In this document: positions 13,085 through 26,695 of the stretch, piece by piece
Layout of the letters: each line of letters opens with the position of its first letter
How positions within the stretch are numbered: position 1 is the first letter of the stretch
DNA from: Octopus vulgaris
Taxonomy: Eukaryota
Length of the DNA: 64,000 bases
NCBI GenBank assembly: GCA_951406725.2
Contig: OX597817.1
Location: 143,654,001-143,718,000, forward strand
Reading direction: 5' to 3'
Notes under the pieces: generated by a model
Database searches by the model: none
What the model was told of the DNA's origin: nothing
Seen by the model: the letters and a program-made list of their open reading frames with translations, nothing else
Made by a program: the position numbers and the translations under genes

Positions 13085-13560
13085 AGAATAAAAGTATTTT
13101 AAGAATTAGAAAATATCAAGATTTTGGCTGTGAGATAACAGTTTGCTCAAAGAAGTTGCCCTCAGCTTCCACCACGGCTGCAAGATGGCGCAGTTCTGGA
13201 ACATGGCCAATGCATTCTTCACTGTGTCCCTGGGAAGATCTTCAAATACCTCCTTCATCTTGGCCACCAGCTTGGCCTTGGTGTTGCAGCCAGAGCAGTT
13301 GGTGCCTTTCTTAACTGTGTCCCACACATAGTAATCCATGGGATTACAATTTGGGGAATTAGATGGTCAGGCATTGGGGCTGGTGAAGTCATAGAAGTTC
13401 TATGACAACCACTTCTGACTCTTTCCTGAGGTATGGCAAATAACTGAATCCAGGTGCCATCCATATGGCCTTCCAGTAGTCCTCTCCAGCCAAGGATTGA
13501 CCAAGTCTCCAGCAGCTTCACATAGTTCTCTGAATTGAGTTTAAGGCCCTGTTTATCAGT
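13085..13560 (-). mobile_element. Tc1/mariner (maT-like) transposase relic
   Basis: NSPNCNPMDYYVWDTVKK...NTKAKLVAKMKEVF, same type as the 46352-47163 element. Confidence 0.7.
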
Positions 13561-15464
13561 TGTTCAATGAATTCCAGTGTGCAGACACAGTCGGAATGCC
13601 TATGTCCCTTCCTGTTGCCTATGGCTTCATAGTCTCCATTGCAGCTGCCTCTGTTATATCATACAGACTTTACAATGTTCACAGAACATTGCACAAGTCA
13701 TGACAGCCCATTCAAAGTACCTTGGATCGCAGGACAGCCTGCTGTGCTTACCTTGGATTGTAGGGCGACCTGCTGTGCTTGAGGAGACCTATTGAGTCAA
13801 GTACATCAACATCAAAATAAAAATCAAATGGAAATTGTAGTTGTGATACCCGTGCTGGTGGCATATAAAAAGCACCATCTGAACGTGGCCGATACTAGCG
13901 CCACCTTGACTGGCTTCTCTGCTGGTGACACGTAAAAAGCACCAACCGATTGTGGCTGTTTGCCAGCCTCCTCTAGCCCCTGTGCCAGTGGCACGTAAAA
14001 AGCACCCACTACACTCATGGAGTGGTTGACGTTAGGAAGGGCATCCAACTGTAGAAACACTGCCAGATCATACTGGGCCTGGTGCAGCCTCCTGGCTTCC
14101 CAGACCCCAGTTGAACCGTCCAACCCATGTTAGCAAGGAAAACGGAAATTAAACGATGATGATGATGATGATGTCGGCATTTTGATACCAAGTGCAAATC
14201 CTGATACAAGTAACTCTTTTCCAATATTCAAATGGCTTCCAGTTTTTTATGTCTGCTAACTTTTTCCCAACAATAATTTTAAGCTTTATGCTCTCCAACG
14301 CTGACATTAACTGTTTATCAATCCATCAAGCTGTTTCTGAAAAAGGAGATAAAACAAATTGTCAAAATTATCCTAACACTGCAATAGGCGCAGGAGTAGC
14401 TGTGTGGTAAGTAGCTTGCTTATGAACTACATGGTTCTGGGTTCAGTCCCACTGCGTGGCACCTTGGGCAAGTGTCTTCTACTATTGCCTCAGGCCGACC
14501 AAAGCCTTGTGAGTGGATTCGGTAGACGGAAACTGAAAGAAGCCCGTCGTATATATGTATATGCTTCTGTGTCTGTATTTGTCCCCCCCCCCCCAACATC
14601 GCTTAACAACCGATGCTGGTGTGTTTATGTCCCAGTAACTTAGCAGTTCTGTAAAAGTCACCAATAGAATAAGTACTAGGCTTACAAAGAATAAGTACTG
14701 GGGTCGATTTGCTTGACTAAAGGCGTTGCTCCAGCATGGCCGTAGTCAAATGACTGAAGCCGGTAAAAGAGTAAACACTATACCCAGAACTGACAATCTT
14801 TTTAGAAAACTTACCAGAATTATCTCCCTTACGTTTTAGAAGAAGAAAGCTCTCCCCTCTTCAGTCATTTCATCAACTTTTATATATCTTTGTTTTTGTT
14901 TATTTTTCTATTCTATTATTTGGAACAGCTGTTGAACTTTCTTTTACTTGTTTCAGTCATTTGACTGCGGCCATGCTGGAGCACCGCCGTTAGTCGAACA
15001 AATTTAGCCCAGGACTTATTCTATTGGTCTCTTTTGCTGCTGAAGTGTTAAGTTATGGGGAGACGTAAATATACCAACATTAGTTGTCAAGCGATGGTGG
15101 GGGGACAAACGCAAACACACACACACGCGCACATGCATATATGACAGGCTTCTTCCAGTTTCCGTCTACCAAATCTACTCACAAGGCTTTGGTCGACCAA
15201 AGGTGTCACGCAATGAGATTGAACTTGGAACCATGTGGCTGGGAAGCAAGCCTCTTACCACACAGCCATGCTTGCCTCTATATTAATTAACAAATCCTGG
15301 TTTGTAGGCACAGAAAAGGTCGTGTGATTAAGAGATTCACTTTTTGACCACATATAGTTTCAGATTTAGTCCCACCGTGTCACGCTTTGGGAGAGTGTCT
15401 TCTGCCACAGTCCCAGGATGAGCAAAGCCTTATGAGTGGATTTGATAGATGGAAACTGTGTGGA

Positions 15465-15952
15465 AGCCTGTCGTGGAAGAGGTAGACCCAAGAAGACCTG
15501 AGATGAAGTGGTGAAGCAAGACCTTCGAACTTTAGGCCTCACCAAGGAAATGACTAGTGACTGAGACTTTTGGAAATATGCTGTGCTTGAGAAGACCCGG
15601 CAAGCCAAATGAGACCATAACCTCATGGCCTATGCCAGGGGCGTAACCAACCCACTTATGCGTACCTTTTCCTTCTTTGGACACTAAAACTCTGCTTGCG
15701 AAGACCTGTTGAGGCAAGTGAAATCAAAATCAAAATCAAATTCGATGACTGGCATCCGTGCTATCAGGGTGCAAAGAGCACCATCCGAGTGTGATCGTTG
15801 CTAGAGCGGCTACCTGACCTCCGTGCCGGTGGCATGTAAAAGGCACCATTTGAGTGGAATAGTTACCAGCATCGCCTTACTGGCACCTGTGCCGGTGGCA
15901 TGTGTAAAAGATTCAAGCGAGGTCGTTGCCAGTACCGATGACGATGATGATG
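15465..15952 (+). mobile_element. RTE LINE 3' fragment (a related piece lies at ~8915-9080)
   Basis: GRGRPKKT*DEVVKQDLR-type ORF end followed by the same 3' UTR family. Confidence 0.65.
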
Positions 15953-17463
15953 TCAAATGAAGTTTGTTGAGATGGATTTTCTGTGGCTGGATGCCCGTCT
16001 TGTCATCACCCATCAACTGTTTCTAAGCAAGGTAATATTTCCCTGTGACCGGACATGTTTTGTGGAAGAATGGAAATGAATGACACTGCTTGTATGCTGG
16101 TGACACTCGTTTTACAATTATCATCATCGTTTAACATCTGCCTTCCATGTTGGCATGGGTGGGACGGTTTGAAAGGAACTGGCCAGGCAGAAGCATACAC
16201 CAGAGTTCTGCGACTGTTTTGGCAGGACTTTTACAGCTGGATGCCCCTTCCAAACACCATCCAACCCAGCAGAGTGGACTTAGTGCTTTTTACATGGCAC
16301 ATGCACAGGCAAGGTCAGTTTTGGCAAGGTTTTTACAGCTGAATGCCATTCTGAACACCAACCACTTTACAGTGTGGACTGGGTGCTTTTTAAGTGGCAC
16401 CTACACTGGCAGGGTCACCAAGTACCTTGCAAGACAAAAAACTCTTTCGAGAAGGGTATGGGCATTGGAGGAGGTGATCTTGTGTCAGATGATGAAAGGT
16501 TATAGTGAGACAGAAACAGGTGTCTTGCTGTAGAGGAGGTACAAGGTCACCTGGCTGTCAATATCAAGACCTGGAGGCAGTAACACAAACACACACACAT
16601 GAGAAGCTTCTTCCAGTTTCCATCTATCAAATTCACTCACAAAGCCTTGGTCAGCCCCAGGTGAAGGACATATTAGATAATGCATTTAAGAGTAGATAGG
16701 ATGGTCATAGCTAGATTGTCTTTAATTATTGGACCTGCTCTGTCTGAGCAGATTTTGCAGCAAAACAAGAAACATGAAAATACCTCTAACTGCTTCAAGT
16801 GAACAAAGTCACCATTCCTGACAATGTCCTGCTGGAAATAGCTGTTAAATTCTTTTAAATCACTCATTACTGTCTTACAAAAAGGAAAGGACACAATATA
16901 GTTATGAACGAAAAGATCTTTTATTGTAAGTCTATTCTGTCAGAACTGACTTGAGATTAAACAACAACGACAATCGATAGTTACTAATTAATGGATAAAT
17001 CAGTTTATGTTGTAATGGGTTGGTTAGATCTACAATATTAAGGCATGCCTGTGTGGTTAAGAAACTTTCTTTGCAACCACATGGCTGTATCTCATACTAT
17101 AGACCCAGGCCAACTGCGTTGAGTGAATTTGGTAGATGGAAACTGGGAGGGGGAAAGCCTATTGTGTATTTGTATATATACCTATACATACGTACATATA
17201 TATATATACATATATATATACCCATGGCAGTGGAGTGCTAAGAGCACAATCCGTGTATATCATCATTATCATCATCATTGTTTAACGTCTGCTTTCCATG
17301 CTAGCGTGGGTTGGACGATTTTGACTGAGGGCTGGCGAACCAGATGGCTGCACCAGGCTCCAGTCTTGATTTGGCAGAGTTTCTACTGCTGGATGCCCTT
17401 CCTAACACCAACAACTCCAAGAGTGTAGTGGGTGCTTTTTATGTTCCACTGGCATGGGGGCCA

Positions 17464-17520
<57 letters not shown>

Positions 17521-17639
17521 TTATTTACAATTGATGGATATTTGTCCTCGTTTTGTTTGTTGTTAACACATTTCGGCTGATATACTGTCCAGCCTTCATC
17601 AGGTATTTTGGGAAAATTTTCAGATTGTCCTTGAACTCT

Positions 17640-18435
17640 GTTGTGTATACCACTAAGTTTTAACAATCTAGCTCACTTCCGCTGTTTACAGCAGTGCTTG
17701 GAAGGAAGGTGTGTAGCATGTGATCATTGCATTGACTATGACAAAGAAAGTTGTCATGGCGATACCTGCTCTGAAGCCTATGCAAAGTTGCAGAAAGTGT
17801 ACATAGAGGAGTGTATGAGCCGTGCAGAAGTGTAAGAGTGGTTCAGATGTTTCCAAGATGGCAAAAAAAAAAATGTTGATATTGACGAACATTCTGGGAG
17901 AGCCACAACTAGCAGAACTGAAAAAAAACATTGCAGGTGTGTGTGCAGCTGTGAGGGAAAACTGTTGAATCACTATCTGAGAGTTATCAGAGGATGTGCA
18001 GATTAGTTTTGGTTCAGTTCAGTCCATTATCACTGAAAATTTGGAGATGAGACACGTGTCTGCCAAGTTTGTGCCAAAACTGCTTTCAGCTGACCAAGAA
18101 GACGCTCGGGTTACACAAAATTTCCTTGATTGTGTGGAGAATGATGAAAACTTTGCGAAAACTTTGCATAGACCGCTGAGCAGGTATTGTCAAGCTTTGG
18201 GAAAAATTTGATGCAGATTCTCTGCTCAACTTTCTCTGTCATGGTCAATGTGACGATAACATGCTACACACCTTCCTTTCAAGCACTGCTGTAAACAGCA
18301 GAAGTGAGCCAGAACACTAAAACTTTATGTGCATGCACGGCAGAGTTCAAGGTCAATCTGTGCCAAGCAGCTCCATTCTACTTGCTTTAGCTTTGTTACT
18401 GTGGCAATAGTCTGGATACTTATTGATCAGACCAG
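17640..18435 (+). mobile_element. Mariner relic
   Basis: Degenerate transposase N-terminus: EECMSRAEV*EWF and FGSVQSIITENLEMRHVSAKFVPKLL. Confidence 0.75.
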
Positions 18436-19362
18436 CATCATCATCATCATCATCATCATCGTTTAACGTCTGTTTTCCATGCTAGCATGGGTTGGACGGT
18501 TTAACTGGGGTCTGGGAAGCCAAGAGGTTGCACCAGGCACCAGTCTGATCTGGCAGTGTTTCTACAGCTGGATGCCCTTCCTAACACCAACCACTTTGTG
18601 AGTGTAGTGGGTGCTTTTTACGTGCCACTGGCACAGGGGCTAGAGGATGCTGGCAAACAGCCACAATCGGTTGGTGCTTTTTATGTGTCACCGGCACAGA
18701 TGTGTATATATTATGTGATCGACCAGATTATCAGATATTGTTATACATTGCTGGTCACAATGCACTTTGCATCAGTTTAGTTTTTGAATGATGTAACCTT
18801 GCTGGATAGATAAGCAGGCCAATATTGCACCTGATCTGAAGGCTAGTCCCTTACAGGGTTAGCTATTTACAGCTGAGTTCACTGGTATGATGTGTAATGA
18901 ACAGAACATGTAGCCAGTCTGGGAATTGAAACCACTATCTCATGATGTATATATGTATGTCATTATTCAGTTTTATTTCAATATTTCTTGCCAATAGAGA
19001 AAGAGCTGGTACCTAACCTAGATCTAAGGCTCCTTCATTGGAATTTCAACAACAACAGGGTATTTTTGTTTGTGTGTATGCATGTATGTATATGTACAGA
19101 TTTATATGTTTTGTTTTATGTATGTATTCTCATGCATATACTTGCATATCTAGACATGCTCAAATACACTTGAATGGTAAACTTCTGGAAAGTTTTACAG
19201 ATTTTTATAGTTCCAGTGCTGGATTGGATCTGTAGTCTTCGAATTAGCTTTCTCCTTTCTGGTTTTGAGAAGCCTAATTTCTTAAGATTGGTATTTAGGC
19301 AGTGTGTTACATATCCCAGGGCCCCAATAATGTACGTATTTATGTATGTAAGTATATATGTA

Positions 19363-19397
<35 letters not shown>

Positions 19398-20980
19398 ACA
19401 TATACAGCTAGAAGAAGGCCATGTGAAGAGCTGTATTTCTGCTAGGCTGATGACAACAGAGGTTTCATAAATAATTCATTTTCAGTAGCTACTTCAATTA
19501 ATAGTTTCCTGATGCCTGAAGAAGTGGTTTGTTTTGACGCTGTAACGATGTATTGTAGAATAAATTGAAGACTTCACCCAACACTGCATCTGTAAATTAA
19601 ACCGAATTAAATACATGCGACAGTGTTGTATACAATCTCTCCATGGACTTAGTCTGTGCAGTTATATATTCATTATAGATTCCAAATAAAACTCAACTTA
19701 AAACGTTAACAATTTATTAATAGTGTTTTTATTGGTGCCCTAAAGAGGAATGAGTCTTAACGTAGATATTAAATGCTGGAGAATCATGAAGTAACCATGT
19801 TTCTTTATGCATTAGCTGTAGTTTATTAATGTCATACCACAAGGCAGGTTTTAACATTGTTTTTGCCCCCACATTAAGTTGAGAAACTCACTGATGTTGC
19901 TGTTGTTTTTGTTGTAGGAGGTGGTGGTGTCGGTGGTGGTGCAATCATATAAATACTTGCAAAATATTAAGAAAATAAATTTGTTTGAAATTTCTTTCGT
20001 TTTATTTTGAAATAGTTTAAAAATATGAACAATATCAACACTAACAAATGTGTTAATTGAAAACTTTTATGTTGTATAAATTTAATTTAGATGAAATTTC
20101 GTTTGACTTTATAAAATATTTGTCGACATTGAGTTTGTTCTTTGATAAATATCTTCATTTCAGAATCGATTTGGCAGAAAGTATGGAAAATGTTTATACA
20201 ATTTTTGGAAGGAAAAGCAAAAATTATTTAAAATTTTATTTCTCATCTTTGTGAAATAAAATCATTTTTAATGGTTGAACTTGAAGCAGATACAGCTATA
20301 AATAATAATGTATAAATATTGGTTTAAAAATATCCCTTTGGACTGAAAAATATTTATAGGTTTTCATTTATAGTTTTATCTACTTGGAGTTCATTAAAAA
20401 CAAATTATTTCACGTTCTTTCAATGTTTCTTAATTCTTATAATAACCTATCTTTGTACATTTTTATTATCAGCATTCTATTTTATTTCTTTACCACACAT
20501 GTATTTTTTTAAAATCACTCAAATAAGATGCAAATTGGGGGAAAAAAATGTCCCTTTTCTTACAATCAAAAAATAAAACACGTTTAGGGATTTTCCATAG
20601 CAAACTGCCGTATTTTAATTGTGATGTTTGTGATCAAATAGGTAGCTATGGTTGGATTTATTTCGATATCTTCTCAAAATGGATGAACTCGACAACATTT
20701 CGGTTTCCTGGATCAGATTGTGAAGATGAAACTCTGACTTGAAAAGCTTATTTCAATGCTTTAACCATTTTTGGTAGAATAAAAAGTAAAAATTCATCCA
20801 AGATTTAAAAGTTAAGAAATGATGATATTAAAGTAAAATCAAAGTGGAAAATAGGGAGGAGTATTGCATTGATAATAATGTCTGGAATTACTGCTGCCAT
20901 GGCAGGGCCAACGATAACATTTGTCCACTCAAACAACTTCACAATAATGAAGACACTTCACAGACAAAAAAACAATGGAT

Positions 20981-21432
20981 TTAGCCCTTTCGTTACCATA
21001 TTTCTAATGAAATATACTGCCTTTGTTCCAAATAATTTTCAAAACAGTGAAGAATTTACAAAAATAACATTGTCATTATTAAGCTGGTATTTGGAACATA
21101 TTTTAATATGAAATTTTGATGGAAGATTTTAGATTAGATCATTTAACCCCTTTATTACCATTTTCCTGCTAAAATACAATTCTTTTATTTCAATTAATTT
21201 TGAAAATAACAAAGAATTTGATAAAATAGCTTTGCTATTATTATGCTGGTGTTTGGAACTTAAATAAGGATGAAATTTCGATGGAAGGTTCTTTGATCAC
21301 TTTTAAACAAGAAGTTTGTATCATATAATCCGAGGTGATCTTGTACAACTTGGTACCAAAAGGATTGAAACAGGAAGTTTCCGTCATTAGAATCAGGTAC
21401 AGTCTCAAGCAGGTTGGCATCAAAAGGGTTTA
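20981..21432. mobile_element. Two nested or tandem copies of an AT-rich MITE-like repeat with TTAACCC/GGGTT(A)A-like ends
   Basis: Similar ~160-bp blocks start at ~20981 (ttagccctttcgttacc) and ~21142 (ttaacccctttattacc). Ends are ggtaccaaaaggattgaa and ggcatcaaaagggttta. Confidence 0.45.
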
Positions 21433-21636
21433 CCATCTTGTTCTCTTCAATATTCTTTTAGTTTCCAATAATTAACTCGTTCCTTGAGCCAAATACTATC
21501 ACAGCAGAAGAATTTGTCTTTGCAAGTTTCTTCAAAGTTTATAGGAATGTTGTGAAAGTATACAGATTCAGTTTCAAGAATATGATTGTGGCATGTTGTA
21601 AAATTACATGTTACTATATACAAATCCTTGATTTTC

Positions 21637-21642
21637 TTTATT
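21637..21642 (-). terminator. Candidate proximal polyA signal of the SLC18A-like gene
   Basis: AATAAA on the minus strand ~157 nt after the stop. More distal candidates exist in the AT-rich 19.7-20.5 kb region. Confidence 0.3.
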
Positions 21643-21798
21643 AAAGAATATTAATTAAGCAATCATCGGGAATGTTTCATTCTTTCAAATATACAAAAGA
21701 CAAAATTTGAGTCTTTGGAATAATGTCATAATTTTTTTGTTTCTGTTGCCATATAAGGTCCAAATGCTGTATTTGAAGAATTATTAGCATTCACAAGA

Positions 21799-21864
21799 TT
21801 ATGCTGAGGGATTTCCTGCTGAACTGTCGTTGTCCTTCAATAATGGAGCCTTTTCGTTGTCGAT
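21799..21864 (-). CDS. SLC18A-like last exon (IDNEKAPLLKDNDSSAGNPSA*)
   Basis: ttttcttttaaccag acceptor, phase 0. ExxxLL motif at the position of VMAT2 EEKMAIL. TAA at 21801-21799. Confidence 0.8.
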   Translation of the reverse strand: MDNEKAPLLKDNDSSAGNPSA

Positions 21865-22351
21865 CTGGTTAAAAGAAAATGACATAATCACTGAAATAAT
21901 AACAACAATAACGATGACAACAACAATGATGATGACAATGACGATGATAACAATATAACAACAATAATGATAATATTACAATAATGATAATAATAATGAT
22001 AACAATAATGATAATATGATATAACAATAATGATAACAACAATGATGACGATGATGATAGTGTTAATAGGTATCAACAGGGTGGCCACGATGTCACGCAC
22101 CAAGGGAGATATCAAGTATGCTTTATTAGCAATGAAGTAGGTAATCCATTACAAATGTTCAAAGTGTTGGCCATGGAGCTCTAAACAAGTGTTCATATGG
22201 AACATTGCTATTGAGAGAAACGGTGACAATGTTGAGAAGTTGGGATGCGATCCACAGAGGACCAGCTTCATTTTGATGCATGATACATGTTCCTGCATTG
22301 GTATATTTTACCTGTCCTAAACAAAATGGCATTACTTTTTGACTGACACTC

Positions 22352-22422
<71 letters not shown>

Positions 22423-23375
22423 GCAGTCATAGCACATAATGTTTGAGAAGTTCATTTCTCAGCCATGTGCTTTTGAGTTTAGACTCAAAGGCACATGGCT
22501 ACAACCCTCAGCCAAATAATGTCTTGTGAGTGACTTCAGTAGATAGAAAAGCAGCCCCATACATAGAAAAATACAGACATACTTTCAGAAAGAGAAATTG
22601 ATCAGCTAATTTGTACATTACAAGTGCAATCTGTGAGTGGAACAGTAAAAATATGCAAGACTTTTCTCAAGTTCCAAATGTGAATTTGTCTCCCAAAGAT
22701 GGAGCCTTGTATCTTTGTTGGAAATCAGCTCCCTCCTCAGTGGAAGATTTATAATATTAAAAAAATAGAAGTGGTTAGGGAGCTTGCTTCCTAGCTACAT
22801 GGTTTCGGGTTCAGTCCCACTGCGTGGCACTTTGGGTAAGTGTCTTCCACTATAGCCCCGAGCCGACTGGAGCTTTGTGATTGAATTCGGTAGGTGGAAG
22901 TTACTGCCGTGTGTGTATGTGTGCATATAGCTGCTCAGTGCCTCTCCGAAAGAGAGAGAGGGAGAAGTCATACATAAATACATATATACATACATATTTA
23001 TATATATATGCATATGTATATATATGTACATGTATGTATAAATGTGTGTGTGTGTATTGTTCAGTTACTGTCTACCAAATCCACTGAAAAGTTCTTGCTT
23101 GTCTCAGGTCTACATTAGCTGATATTTGCTCAAGGTGCTATGGAGTGAGACTGAACTTGAAGCCACAGGGTTGGGAAGCAAACTTCACAACCGTATGTGT
23201 GTGTGTGTGTATGTGTGTGTATGTGTGTGTGTGTGTGTGTGTGTGTATGTGGTCATGAACTGCTTATCTTGACATGTGATACCCATGTCACACACATGTA
23301 GTTGTTGTGATGCATGTGCCTGGTGTACCCTTATCAGACAGGTATATTTTACCCCAATGCACTGCTCTCTCATTC

Positions 23376-23416
<41 letters not shown>

Positions 23417-23420
23417 AATA

Positions 23421-24055
23421 TCATTAGAGCCCAGTCCTGGCTAAGAAGGAATATATTCACAGACACGACAGAGTTGGGAGCTACATACACTGGAAGCTAT
23501 GCAAACATTATGGAATAACAACAGAAAAAAGATGGTATAGATACACACCAGAAAAGGTCACAGAAAACGAGAAAGCAACCATACTCTGGGATATGCCAAT
23601 ACACACAGATAGAGAAATTAAGGCCAACAGACCAGATATAGTTGTCAGAGATCATGAAGAAAAAAAATGCTTTCTAATTGATGTATCAATACCAGCTGAT
23701 GACAACGTGTCTCTAAAAGAAATGGAGAAACTTTCAAAATACAAAGACCTGGAAATAGAGGTAACTAGAATGTGGAATCTAAAAGCAGAAACAATTCCTA
23801 TCATAGTAGGTGCATTAGGCATGATAAAAAATATCCAGACAAATACATAAACAAAACACCAGGACTTACAAACACATATAACATACAGAAAATTGCACTA
23901 CTAGGCACTGCACACATCCTACACAGAACACTTTCCATACAGTAACCATCAGAGCATCACAACAAATCACAGCACATACCCAAGGCACACAGAGCTGTGC
24001 TTGGCAGTGAAGTGAAAGCATGATATAAAAATAAAACTACTGAATGATGATGATG

Positions 24056-24110
<55 letters not shown>
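23421..24110 (+). mobile_element. 5'-truncated R4/Dong-type non-LTR retrotransposon (RLE endonuclease end)
   Basis: YIHRHDRVGSYIHWKLCK...WDMPIHTDREIKANRPDIVVRD..CFLIDVSIP..EKLSKYKDL..IPIIVGALG carries the RHD / RPD / D / KxxKY motifs of restriction-like endonucleases. Flanked by (AAT)n on both sides. Confidence 0.88.
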
Positions 24111-24111
<1 letters not shown>

Positions 24112-24380
24112 TGTGCGGGTGGCAGTAAAAGCACCCACTACACTCACGGAGTGGTTGGCGTTAGGAAGGGCATCCAGCCGTAGAAACACTGCCAGATTTG
24201 ACTGGGCCTGATGAAGCCTTCTGGCTTCACAGACCCCAGTAGAACCGTCCAACCCATGCTAGCATGGAAAACGGACGCTAAACGATGATGATGATGATGA
24301 TGATGATAATGATGAATAATAATGATAGTAACAACAACAACAACAATGTAAATAAATGAAGCAAGTCATCTTGAACTCAC

Positions 24381-24462
24381 CTTTTTCTTTCCTGGAATGT
24401 CTCTGAGAAATATGGTTATCGGTGTACACACCATATCCAGTATTGCAGCGCCATAGACCAAA
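24381..24462 (-). CDS. SLC18A-like exon, TM12 (SLVYGAAILDMVCTPITIFLRDIPGKKK)
   Basis: Like VMAT [20 protein letters not shown]. 82 nt, AAG|gtgagt donor. Confidence 0.92.
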
Positions 24463-26038
24463 CTACAAACAAAGAAAAGACAGAAATATAAACAACAGCA
24501 GTTCATAATCTTTCAAAGTGTTTGTTTATTTTTGTTGTTTAGCCCCAATCCAGGCCTGATTGAGCAGTCCTATGATCGAAGATGTTTCACCCATGACCAT
24601 CCTGCCTTGTTTTTTTTTTTTCGGGAATATTATGCAACAAACTACATTTTTATGCTTTCTTTTGTAAATGTTTTGCTTGGTAGAAACAAGTTGGACCCAT
24701 ATGGCCCATGGCTGTCATAGACCTTTCAAGAACAGTCAGATCAATACGGTTGATTTTCACCTTCAGCACTTGCGAGTTGACAACCAGCATCCAAACATGG
24801 CTCACAGCTGTCAACTTGCAATTAATGTGTTTCTAGTTTCTCAAATCAGTGAACAGGCTTGAATGATTAGAACAAAGTGGGTTCTGCTGAAAGCCCCCCG
24901 GGAACCAGATAAGGGTATTAAACTGTGAGTTCAATTTGTGGATCTGACAGTATGTTATCTTATTTCATGTTGCTTCACTCTGCTCCACTAAAGTAAGTAT
25001 CAGTCAATTGCTGGGTTAGCTTGCCCTTCTTCCTATCTTCCATCCAGCTGTCCAAGCCTGGGTGATCTGCCGATCAAAAGTGAGTGGTGGGTGCCAAGAA
25101 GGGATGTCAACATCTGCTTATAATTATTTAGGTCCCTAAAACAATTATCAAAAGCATAGTGCATGCTTCTGGGTCATACTCATTCATAAGTGATATCTAA
25201 CCGTACTGTATATTTCGTAGTACAGCATAGCATAGTTTTAACCATTTATTATTTAAACCAGTCATATTCCAAGGCATATAGGAAGTACTTATTCTAACCT
25301 AAAAATGTCGTAAACAACCTCCATGGGTCCTATATGCAAAGTTAAATTTCCTCTAGGCTTTAGTGCTTTACAAACATTTTTCCTGAATAAGTGCTGCCAA
25401 AATAAGGGTGCATCTTATATGTCCATACATCTTTTCTGTCAATGAATATGGTAAAATAACTCGTTGTCTCTACTAATGTTCTATAGAAATTATAGCCAGC
25501 ACTGTCTGTAGGAATAACCTCAACAAGTGATTTAATAGCACTGCTAACACAGTAGAACACTGGATTGACTTATAAAAATTATTAAGGGGAATATAAATGT
25601 ATTTAGGGATCGTGTTAAGGTGTGTTTTATCATTGGTGATAAACGTGAAACAGACAAGAAGAAGAAACTGAGTCAGACAGATAAAGAAGATACTCAGTGG
25701 TCATAGATAATGACTGACCCAGTTGTCTGAGAGACGGGAGGAGATGGAGATCGGCCCATAATTGTAAAATGCATATAGGAATGGTGCATGAAGGAGATGA
25801 AGAATTTCTGATCAAGGGCAATTTCTATGATTGCGTTTAGGGCTACCAAGATTAGTGGAAGGAATGGAGGAAGCGATTCTCAAATCAGAGAACTGGTTTA
25901 AATGATTAGAATAGAGTGGACTCTGCTAAACTGTGGACTCTCCTAAGAACATCACGGGGCCAGGTGTTGGTGTTAAACTGTGACGGATTAATTCTACCAT
26001 TCAAATAATTGTAATAGTATAAAAGTAAATATATTTAC

Positions 26039-26084
26039 CTCTGGAATCCATAAGCATAAACAAGTGGACCGCCAACTAACGGAC
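26039..26084 (-). CDS. SLC18A-like exon (GPLVGGPLVYAYGFQ)
   Basis: Like VMAT GPSAGGAIAKAIGF. 46 nt, tttttttccag/gtaaat sites. Confidence 0.9.
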
Positions 26085-26239
26085 CTGGAAAAAAACCAAA
26101 GTGATAACAATACTCAGTAAAACATTTGGTGCAGGCGTGTGTGAGAGAGCTTGCGTGAGTGCTTGTGTAAGTACACACAAACACACACACGACAACTATT
26201 CGCTTGTGACCGAGGAAGACTATTACTGACCATTGCCCA

Positions 26240-26391
26240 TGCAAGAGTGGCTGTGTGGTAAGTAACTTGCTTACGAACCACATGGTTCCGGGTTCAGTCC
26301 CACTGCGTGGCACCTTGGGCAAGTGTCTTCTACTATAGCCTCGGGCCGACCAAAGTGAGTGGATTTGGTAGACGGAAACTGAAAGCCCGTC

Positions 26392-26477
<86 letters not shown>

Positions 26478-26695
26478 GTGTATGTTTATGTGTCTGTTTT
26501 TGTCCCACCAACAGTGCTTGACAACCAATGCTAGTGTGTTTACGTCCCCGTAATCTAGCGGTTCGGCAAAAGCGACCGATAGAATAAGTATTAGGCTTAC
26601 AAAGGATAAGTCCTGGGGGCGATTTGCTCGACTAAAGGCGGTGCTCCAGCATGGCCACAGTCAAATGACTGAAACAAGTAAAAGAGTAAAAGAGT
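26240..26695 (+). mobile_element. tRNA-derived SINE family A (CORE-like segment, internal TA/TG microsatellite); other copies ~3226-3575 +, 5358-5735 -, 6898-7250 +, 12658-13025 -, 14387-14772 +, 14941-15277 -, 33720-34130 -, 52306-52736 -
   Basis: A box tggctgtgtggt, B box ggttcagtccc, core accttgggcaagtg, tail cagtcaaatgactgaaacaagtaaaaga. Confidence 0.85.

Larger units (their letters stand above)
1040..24310. repeat. Dispersed RTE-tail repeat family, at least 12 copies in both orientations (e.g. 1040-1410 -, 1770-2215 +, 2360-2700 -, 3710-4125 +, 9930-10245 +, 13720-14172 +, 16120-16430 -, 17260-17460 -, 18435-18700 -, 24110-24310 +)
   Basis: Recurrent core gttaggaagggcatccagctgta...ccgtccaacccatgctagcatggaaa.cggacgttaaac(gat)n with ~50-bp internal subrepeats. 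The span given is the region the copies occupy. Confidence 0.85.
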
